A program made the position numbers and the translations under genes. From assembly GCA_964057225.1 (NCBI GenBank), contig OZ059898.1, positions 16,802,001 to 16,866,000 of the forward strand: DNA of 64,000 bases, read 5' to 3'. The notes beneath the pieces were generated by a model that saw only the letters and a program-made list of their open reading frames with translations, was not told the DNA's origin and did not search any database. Shown here in pieces: positions 1-10,700 of the stretch (the first letter of the stretch is position 1; each line of letters begins with the position of its first letter). The DNA is from Auanema rhodensis. Lineage: Eukaryota > Animalia > Nematoda.

Positions 1-22
1 GATATAAGTTCACACTTATATC
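1..22. other. Inverted repeat in each monomer (offsets 1-22), 9-bp stem and 4-nt loop; representative copy
   Basis: GATATAAGT-TCAC-ACTTATATC; the arms are exact reverse complements. Confidence 0.95.
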
Positions 23-172
23 CTCGATTTTCACCCTGAAGAATTAATTTTTTTGTTGAATAACATTGCCCATCGTCTTTGCCTTGAAAAAAGGAATCTA
101 AAAACATCTACTTCTTGCTAAATTATTTTGAAATTTTTCGAAAAAATTTTTGTCAAAATGTTTTTGGACGCA

Positions 173-200
173 ATGTTGAGTGTACATGGAAACTCAACAT
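173..200. other. Inverted repeat in each monomer (offsets 173-200), 9-bp arms around a CATG-centred spacer; representative copy
   Basis: ATGTTGAGT-GTACATGGAA-ACTCAACAT. Confidence 0.95.
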
Positions 201-1755
201 ACACTAATGCATCATTTTTCAAACGATCATAACTAATTTTTGTATTAAGCGTTTCTCAATGTAGTATAGTGCATTTGATGCGGGTTTTTAAGCTGCGTCG
301 ATCTGTGTTATCAGATTTGCGCTAGCTTAAAAATGCACCGAGATATCAACTGATATAAGTTCACACTTATATCCTCGATTTTCACCCTGAAGAAATAATT
401 TTTTCGTTGAATAACATTGTCCATCGTCTTTGCCTTGAAAAAAGGAATCTAAAAACATCTACTTTTTGCTAAATTATTTTGAAGTTTTTCGAAAAAATTT
501 TTGTCAAAATGTTTTTGGAAGCAATGTTGAGTGTACATGGAAACTCAACATACACTAATGCATCATTTTTCAAACGATCATAACTAATTTTTGTATTAAG
601 CGTTTTTCAATGTAGTATAGTGCATTCGATGCGGATTTTCAAGCTGCGTCGATCTGTGTTATCAGATTTGCGCTAGCTTAAAAATGCACCGAGATATCAA
701 CTGATATAAGTTCACACTTATATCCTCGATTTTCACCCTGAAGAATTAATTTTTTTGTTGAATAACATTGCCCATCGTCTTTGCCTTGAAAAAAGGAATC
801 TAAAAACATCTACTTCTTGCTAAATTATTTTGAAATTTTTCGAAAAAATTTTTGTCAAAATGTTTTTGGACGCAATGTTGAGTGTACATGGAAACTCAAC
901 ATACACTAATGCATCATTTTTCAAACGATCATAACTAATTTTTGTATTAAGCGTTTCTCAATGTAGTATAGTGCATTTGATGCGGGTTTTTAAGCTGCGT
1001 CGATCTGTGTTATCAGATTTGCGCTAGCTTAAAAATGCACCGAGATATCAACTGATATAAGTTCACACTTATATCCTCGATTTTCACCCTGAAGAAATAA
1101 TTTTTTCGTTGAATAACATTGCCCATCGTCTTTGCCTTGAAAAAAGGAATCTAAAAACATCTACTTTTTGCTAAATTATTTTGAAGTTTTTCGAAAAAAT
1201 TTTTGTCAAAATGTTTTTGGAAGCAATGTTGAGTGTACATGGAAACTCAACATACACTAATGCATCATTTTTCAAACGATCATAACTAATTTTTGTATTA
1301 AGCGTTTTCCAATGTAGTATAGTGCATTCGATGCGGATTTTCAAGCTGCGTCGATCTGTTTTATCAGATTTGCGCTAGCTTAAAAATGCACCGAGATATC
1401 AACTGATATAAGTTCACACTTATATCCTCGATTTTCACCCTGAAGAAATAATTTTTTCGTTGAATAACATTGTCCATCGTCTTTGCCTTGAAAAAAGGAA
1501 TCTAAAAACATCTACTTTTTGCTAAATTATTTTGAAGTTTTTCGAAAAAATTTTTGTCAAAATGTTTTTGGAAGCAATGTTGAGTGTACATGGAAACTCA
1601 ACATACACTAATGCATCATTTTTCAAACGATCATAACTAATTTTTGTATTAAGCGTTTCTCAATGTAGTATAGTGCATTTGATGCGGATTTTTAAGCTGC
1701 GTCGATCTGTGTTATCAGATTTGCGCTAGCTTAAAAATGCACCGAGATATCAACT

Positions 1756-4700
1756 GATATAAGTTCACACTTATATCCTCGATTTTCACCCTGAAGAATT
1801 ATTTTTTTCGTTGAATAACATTGTCCATCGTCTTTGCCTTGAAAAAAGGAATCTAAAAACATCTACTTTCTGCTAAATTATTCTGAAATTTTTCGAAAAA
1901 ATTTTTGTCAAAATGTTTTTGGAAGCAATTTTGAGTGTACATGGAAACTCAACATACACTAATGCATCATTTTTCAAACGATCATAACTAATTTTTGTAT
2001 TGAGCGTTTCTCAATGTAGTATAGTGCATTCGATGCGGATTTTTAAGCTGCGTCGATCTGTGTTATCAGATTTGCGCTAGCTTGAAAATGCACCGAGATA
2101 TCAACTGATATAAGTTCACACTTATATCCTCGATTTTCACCCTGAAGAATTAATTTTTTCGTTGAATAACATTGTCCATCGTCTTTGCCTTGAAAAAAGG
2201 AATTTCAAAACATCTACTTTTTGCTAAATTATTCTGAAATTTTTCGAAAAAATTTTTGTCAAAATGTTTTTGGAAGCAATGTTGAGTGTACATGGAAACT
2301 CAACATACACTAATGCATCATTTTTCAAACGATCATAACTAATTTTTGTATTAAGCGTTTCTCAATGTAGTATAGTGCATTCGATGCGGATTTTTAAGCT
2401 GCGTCGGTCTGTGTTATCAGATTTGCGCTAGCTTAAAAATGCACCGAGATATCAACTGATATAAGTTCACACTTATATCCTCGATTTTCACCCTGAAGAA
2501 TTATTTTTTTCGTTGAATAACATTGTCCATCGTCTTTGCCTTGAAAAAAGGAATCTAAAAACATCTACTTTCTGCTAAATTATTCTGAAATTTTTCGAAA
2601 AAATTTTTGTCAAAATGTTTTTGGAAGCAATTTTGAGTGTACATGGAAACTCAACATACACTAATGCATCATTTTTCAAACGATCATAACTAATTTTTGT
2701 ATAAAGCGTTTTTCAATGTAGTATAGTGCATTCGATGCGGATTTTTAAGCTGCGTCGATCTGTGTTATCAGATTTGCGCTAGCTTAAAAATGCACCGAGA
2801 TATCAACTGATATAAGTTCACACTTATATCCTCGATTTTCACCCTGAAGAATTATTTTTTTCGTTGAATAACATTGTCCATCGTCTTTGCCTTAAAAAAA
2901 GGAATCTAAAAACATCTACTTTCTGCTAAATTATTCTGAAATTTTTCGAAAAAATTTTTGTCAAAATGTTTTTGGAAGCAATTTTGAGTGTACATGGAAA
3001 CTCAACATACACTAATGCATCATTTTTCAAACGATCATAACTAATTTTTGTATTGAGCGTTTCTCAATGTAGTATAGTGCATTCGATGCGGATTTTTAAG
3101 CTGCGTCGATCTGTGTTATCAGATTTGCGCTAGCTTAAAAATGCACCGAGATATCAACTGATATAAGTTCACACTTATATCCTCGATTTTCACCCTGAAG
3201 AATTAATTTTTTCGTTGAATAACATTGTCCATCGTCTTTGCCTTGAAAAAAGGAATTTCAAAACATCTACTTTTTGCTAAATTATTCTGAAATTTTTCGA
3301 AAAAATTTTTGTCAAAATGTTTTTGGAAGCAATGTTGAGTGTACATGGAAACTCAACATACACTAATGCATCATTTTTCAAACGATCATAACTAATTTTT
3401 GTATTAAGCGTTTCTCAATGTAGTATAGTGCATTCGATGCGGATTTTTAAGCTGCGTCGATCTGTGTTATCAGATTTGCGCTAGCTTAAAAATGCACCGA
3501 GATATCAACTGATATAAGTTCACACTTATATCCTCGATTTTCACCCTGAAGAATTAATTTTTTCGTTGAATAACATTGTCCATCGTCATTGCCTTGAAAA
3601 AAAGAATTTCAAAACATCTACTTTTTGCTAAATTATTCTGAAATTTTTCGAAAAAATTTTTGTCAAAATGTTTTTGGAAGCAATGTTGAGTGTACATGGA
3701 AACTCAACATACACTAATGCATCATTTTTCAAACGATCATAACTAATTTTTGTATTAAGCGTTTCTCAATGTAGTATAGTGCATTCGATGCGGATTTTTA
3801 AGCTGCGTCGATCTGTGTTATCAGATTTGCGCTAGCTTGAAAATGCACCGAGATATCAACTGATATAAGTTCACACTTATATCCTCGATTTTCACCCTGA
3901 AGAATTATTTTTTTCGTTGAATAACATTGTTCATCGTCTTTGCCTTAAAAAAAGGAATCTAAAAACATCTACTTTCTGCTAAATTATTCTGAAATTTTTC
4001 GAAAAAATTTTTGTCAAAATGTTTTTGGAAGCAATTTTGAGTGTACATGGAAACTCAACATACACTAATGCATCATTTTTCAAACGATCATAACTAATTT
4101 TTGTATTAAGCGTTTCTCAATGTAGTATAGTGCATTCGATGCGGATTTTTAAGCTGCGTCGATCTGTGTTATCAGATTTGCGCTAGCTTGAAAATGCACC
4201 GAGATATCAACTGATATAAGTTCACACTTATATCCTCGATTTTCACCCTGAAGAATTATTTTTTTCGTTGAATAACATTGTTCATCGTCTTTGCCTTAAA
4301 AAAAGGAATCTAAAAACATCTACTTTCTGCTAAATTATTCTGAAATTTTTCGAAAAAATTTTTGTCAAAATGTTTTTGGAAGCAATTTTGAGTGTACATG
4401 GAAACTCAACATACACTAATGCATCATTTTTCAAACGATCATAACTAATTTTTGTATTAAGCGTTTCTCAATGTAGTATAGTGCATTCGATGCGGATTTT
4501 TAAGCTGCGTCGATCTGTGTTATCAGATTTGCGCTAGCTTAAAAATGCACCGAGATATCAACTGATATAAGTTCACACTTATATCCTCGATTTTCACCCT
4601 GAAGAATTAATTTTTTCGTTGAATAACATTGTCCATCGTCTTTGCCTTGAAAAAAGGAATTTCAAAACATCTACTTTTTGCTAAATTATTCTGAAATTTT

Positions 4701-7700
4701 TCGAAAAAATTTTTGTCAAAATGTTTTTGGAAGCAATGTTGAGTGTACATGGAAACTCAACATACACTAATGCATCATTTTTCAAACGATCATAACTAAT
4801 TTTTGTATTAAGCGTTTCTCAATGTAGTATAGTGCATTCGATGCGGATTTTTAAGCTGCGTCGATCTGTGTTATCAGATTTCCGCTAGCTTAAAAATGCA
4901 CCGAGATATCAACTGATATAAGTTCACACTTATATCCTCGATTTTCACCCTGAAGAATTAATTTTTTCGTTGAATAACATTGTCCATCGTCTTTGCCTTG
5001 AAAAAAGGAATTTCAAAACATCTACTTTTTGCTAAATTATTCTGAAATTTTTCGAAAAAATTTTTGTCAAAATGTTTTTGGAAGCAATGTTGAGTGTACA
5101 TGGAAACTCAACATACACTAATGCATCATTTTTCAAACGATCATAACTAATTTTTGTATTAAGCGTTTCTCAATGTAGTATAGTGCATTCGATGCGGATT
5201 TTTAAGCTGCGTCGATCTGTGTTATCAGATTTGCGCTAGCTTAAAAATGCACCGAGATATCAACTGATATAAGTTCACACTTATATCCTCGATTTTCACC
5301 CTGAAGAATTATTTTTTTCGTTGAATAACATTGTCCATCGTCTTTGCCTTGAAAAAAGGAATCTAAAAACATCTACTTTCTGCTAAATTATTCTGAAATT
5401 TTTCGAAAAAATTTTTGTCAAAATGTTTTTGGAAGCAATTTTGAGTGTACATGGAAACTCAACATACACTAATGCATCATTTTTCAAACGATCATAACTA
5501 ATTTTTGTATAAAGCGTTTTTCAATGTAGTATAGTGCATTCGATGCGGATTTTTAAGCTGCGTCGATCTGTGTTATCAGATTTGCGCTAGCTTAAAAATG
5601 CACCGAGATATCAACTGATATAAGTTCACACTTATATCCTCGATTTTCACCCTGAAGAATTAATTTTTTCGTTGAATAACATTGTCCATCGTCTTTGCCT
5701 TGAAAAAAGGAATTTCAAAACATCTACTTTTTGCTAAATTATTCTGAAATTTTTCGAAAAAATTTTTGTCAAAATGTTTTTGGAAGCAATGTTGAGTGTA
5801 CATGGAAACTCAACATACACTAATGCATCATTTTTCAAACGATCATAACTAATTTTTGTATTAAGCGTTTCTCAATGTAGTATAGTGCATTCGATGCGGA
5901 TTTTTAAGCTGCGTCGATCTGTAATATCAGATTTGCGCTAGCTTAAAAATGCACCGAGATATCAACTGATATAAGTTCACACTTATATCCTCGATTTTCA
6001 CCCTGAAGAATTAATTTTTTCGTTGAATAACATTGTCCATCGTCTTTGCCTTGAAAAAAGGAATTTCAAAACATCTACTTTTTGCTAAATTATTCTGAAA
6101 TTTTTCGAAAAAATTTTTGTCAAAATGTTTTTGGAAGCAATGTTGAGTGTACATGGAAACTCAACATACACTAATGCATCATTTTTCAAACGATCATAAC
6201 TAATTTTTGTATTAAGCGTTTCTCAATGTAGTATAGTGCATTCGATGCGGATTTTTAAGCTGCGTCGATCTGTGTTATCAGATTTGCGCTAGCTTAAAAA
6301 TGCACCGAGATATCAACTGATATAAGTTCACACTTATATCCTCGATTTTCACCCTGAAGAATTATTTTTTTCGTTGAATAACATTGTCCATCGTCTTTGC
6401 CTTGAAAAAAGGAATCTAAAAACATCTACTTTCTGCTAAATTATTCTGAAATTTTTCGAAAAAATTTTTGTCAAAATGTTTTTGGAAGCAATTTTGAGTG
6501 TACATGGAAACTCAACATACACTAATGCATCATTTTTCAAACGATCATAACTAATTTTTGTATTAAGCGTTTCTCAATGTAGTATAGTGCATTCGATGCG
6601 GATTTTTAAGCTGCGTCGATCTGTGTTATCAGATTTGCGCTAGCTTAAAAATGCACCGAGATATCAACTGATATAAGTTCACACTTATATCCTCGATTTT
6701 CACCCTGAAGAATTATTTTTTTCGTTGAATAACATTGTCCATCGTCTTTGCCTTGAAAAAAGGAATTTCAAAACATCTACTTTTTGCTAAATTATTCTGA
6801 AATTTTTCGAAAAAATTTTTGTCAAAATGTTTTTGGAAGCAATGTTGAGTGTACATGGAAACTCAACATACACTAATGCATCATTTTTCAAACGATCATA
6901 ACTAATTTTTGTATTAAGCGTTTCTCAATGTAGTATAGTGCATTCGATGCGGATTTTTAAGCTGCGTCGATCTGTGTTATCAGATTTGCGCTAGCTTAAA
7001 AATGCACCGAGATATCAACTGATATAAGTTCACACTTATATCCTCGATTTTCACCCTGAAGAATTAATTTTTTCGTTGAATAACATTGTCCATCGTCATT
7101 GCCTTGAAAAAAAGAATTTCAAAACATCTACTTTTTGCTAAATTATTCTGAAATTTTTCGAAAAAATTTTTGTCAAAATGTTTTTGGAAGCAATGTTGAG
7201 TGTACATGGAAACTCAACATACACTAATGCATCATTTTTCAAACGATCATAACTAATTTTTGTATAAAGCGTTTTTCAATGTAGTATAGTGCATTCGATG
7301 CGGATTTTTAAGCTGCGTCGATCTGTGTTATCAGATTTGCGCTAGCTTAAAAATGCACCGAGATATCAACTGATATAAGTTCACACTTATATCCTCGATT
7401 TTCACCCTGAAGAATTATTTTTTTCGTTGAATAACATTGTCCATCGTCTTTGCCTTGAAAAAAGGAATTTCAAAACATCTACTTTTTGCTAAATTATTCT
7501 GAAATTTTTCGAAAAAATTTTTGTCAAAATGTTTTTGGAAGCAATGTTGAGTGTACATGGAAACTCAACATACACTAATGCATCATTTTTCAAACGATCA
7601 TAACTAATTTTTGTATTAAGCGTTTCTCAATGTAGTATAGTGCATTCGATGCGGATTTTTAAGCTGCGTCGATCTGTGTTATCAGATTTGCGCTAGCTTG

Positions 7701-10700
7701 AAAATGCACCGAGATATCAACTGATATAAGTTCACACTTATATCCTCGATTTTCACCCTGAAGAATTAATTTTTTCGTTGAATAACATTGTCCATCGTCT
7801 TTGCCTTGAAAAAAGGAATTTCAAAACATCTACTTTTTGCTAAATTATTCTGAAATTTTTCGAAAAAATTTTTGTCAAAATGTTTTTGGAAGCAATGTTG
7901 AGTGTACATGGAAACTCAACATACACTAATGCATCATTTTTCAAACGATCATAACTAATTTTTGTATTAAGCGTTTCTCAATGTAGTATAGTGCATTCGA
8001 TGCGGATTTTTAAGCTGCGTCGGTCTGTGTTATCAGATTTGCGCTAGCTTAAAAATGCACCGAGATATCAACTGATATAAGTTCACACTTATATCCTCGA
8101 TTTTCACCCTGAAGAATTATTTTTTTCGTTGAATAACATTGTCCATCGTCTTTGCCTTGAAAAAAGGAATCTAAAAACATCTACTTTCTGCTAAATTATT
8201 CTGAAATTTTTCGAAAAAATTTTTGTCAAAATGTTTTTGGAAGCAATTTTGAGTGTACATGGAAACTCAACATACACTAATGCATCATTTTTCAAACGAT
8301 CATAACTAATTTTTGTATAAAGCGTTTTTCAATGTAGTATAGTGCATTCGATGCGGATTTTTAAGCTGCGTCGATCTGTGTTATCAGATTTGCGCTAGCT
8401 TAAAAATGCACCGAGATATCAACTGATATAAGTTCACACTTATATCCTCGATTTTCACCCTGAAGAATTATTTTTTTCGTTGAATAACATTGTCCATCGT
8501 CTTTGCCTTAAAAAAAGGAATCTAAAAACATCTACTTTCTGCTAAATTATTCTGAAATTTTTCGAAAAAATTTTTGTCAAAATGTTTTTGGAAGCAATTT
8601 TGAGTGTACATGGAAACTCAACATACACTAATGCATCATTTTTCAAACGATCATAACTAATTTTTGTATAAAGCGTTTTTCAATGTAGTATAGTGCATTC
8701 GATGCGGATTTTTAAGCTGCGTCGATCTGTGTTATCAGATTTGCGCTAGCTTAAAAATGCACCGAGATATCAACTGATATAAGTTCACACTTATATCCTC
8801 GATTTTCACCCTGAAGAATTATTTTTTTCGTTGAATAACATTGTCCATCGTCTTTGCCTTAAAAAAAGGAATCTAAAAACATCTACTTTCTGCTAAATTA
8901 TTCTGAAATTTTTCGAAAAAATTTTTGTCAAAATGTTTTTGGAAGCAATTTTGAGTGTACATGGAAACTCAACATACACTAATGCATCATTTTTCAAACG
9001 ATCATAACTAATTTTTGTATTGAGCGTTTCTCAATGTAGTATAGTGCATTCGATGCGGATTTTTAAGCTGCGTCGATCTGTGTTATCAGATTTGCGCTAG
9101 CTTAAAAATGCACCGAGATATCAACTGATATAAGTTCACACTTATATCCTCGATTTTCACCCTGAAGAATTAATTTTTTCGTTGAATAACATTGTCCATC
9201 GTCTTTGCCTTGAAAAAAGGAATTTCAAAACATCTACTTTTTGCTAAATTATTCTGAAATTTTTCGAAAAAATTTTTGTCAAAATGTTTTTGGAAGCAAT
9301 GTTGAGTGTACATGGAAACTCAACATACACTAATGCATCATTTTTCAAACGATCATAACTAATTTTTGTATTAAGCGTTTCTCAATGTAGTATAGTGCAT
9401 TCGATGCGGATTTTTAAGCTGCGTCGATCTGTGTTATCAGATTTGCGCTAGCTTAAAAATGCACCGAGATATCAACTGATATAAGTTCACACTTATATCC
9501 TCGATTTTCACCCTGAAGAATTAATTTTTTCGTTGAATAACATTGTCCATCGTCATTGCCTTGAAAAAAAGAATTTCAAAACATCTACTTTTTGCTAAAT
9601 TATTCTGAAATTTTTCGAAAAAATTTTTGTCAAAATGTTTTTGGAAGCAATGTTGAGTGTACATGGAAACTCAACATACACTAATGCATCATTTTTCAAA
9701 CGATCATAACTAATTTTTGTATTGAGCGTTTCTCAATGTAGTATAGTGCATTCGATGCGGATTTTTAAGCTGCGTCGATCTGTGTTATCAGATTTGCGCT
9801 AGCTTGAAAATGCACCGAGATATCAACTGATATAAGTTCACACTTATATCCTCGATTTTCACCCTGAAGAATTATTTTTTTCGTTGAATAACATTGTTCA
9901 TCGTCTTTGCCTTAAAAAAAGGAATCTAAAAACATCTACTTTCTGCTAAATTATTCTGAAATTTTTCGAAAAAATTTTTGTCAAAATGTTTTTGGAAGCA
10001 ATTTTGAGTGTACATGGAAACTCAACATACACTAATGCATCATTTTTCAAACGATCATAACTAATTTTTGTATTAAGCGTTTCTCAATGTAGTATAGTGC
10101 ATTCGATGCGGATTTTTAAGCTGCGTCGATCTGTGTTATCAGATTTGCGCTAGCTTAAAAATGCACCGAGATATCAACTGATATAAGTTCACACTTATAT
10201 CCTCGATTTTCACCCTGAAGAATTAATTTTTTCGTTGAATAACATTGTCCATCGTCTTTGCCTTGAAAAAAGGAATTTCAAAACATCTACTTTTTGCTAA
10301 ATTATTCTGAAATTTTTCGAAAAAATTTTTGTCAAAATGTTTTTGGAAGCAATGTTGAGTGTACATGGAAACTCAACATACACTAATGCATCATTTTTCA
10401 AACGATCATAACTAATTTTTGTATTAAGCGTTTCTCAATGTAGTATAGTGCATTCGATGCGGATTTTTAAGCTGCGTCGATCTGTGTTATCAGATTTGCG
10501 CTAGCTTAAAAATGCACCGAGATATCAACTGATATAAGTTCACACTTATATCCTCGATTTTCACCCTGAAGAATTATTTTTTTCGTTGAATAACATTGTC
10601 CATCGTCTTTGCCTTAAAAAAAGGAATCTAAAAACATCTACTTTTTGCTAAATTATTCTGAAATTTTTCGAAAAAATTTTTGTCAAAATGTTTTTGGAAG

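Larger units (their letters stand above)
1..1755. repeat. Haplotype domain 0: monomers 1-5, tail of an alternating dimeric (702-bp) pattern
   Basis: Monomers 1 and 3 share CTTCTTGC, GGACGC and CGGGTTTT alleles that I did not see again in the window. Monomers 2 and 4 share GAAGTTTT and GGATTTTC. Confidence 0.75.

Noticed and set aside
1-351. Identification with a named ~350-360 bp insect satellite (e.g. Drosophila 1.688 family or tenebrionid beetle satellites)
   Set aside because: Length and AT content are similar, but I cannot recognise sequence identity. A BLAST/Dfam search of the consensus would be needed.
1-351. Tandem RNA gene array (5S rRNA, tRNA, snRNA, spliced leader)
   Set aside because: No recognisable 5S, tRNA cloverleaf/A-B box or snRNA sequence on either strand.
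402-418. CENP-B-box-like motif (TTTCGTTGAATAACATT)
   Set aside because: It matches the TTCG and the central A, but lacks the essential CGGG half of the canonical box; not distinguishable from chance.
3443-3493. Hairpins as rho-independent terminators or promoters
   Set aside because: There is no gene context, the stems are AT-rich, and the window is a eukaryote-type satellite array.
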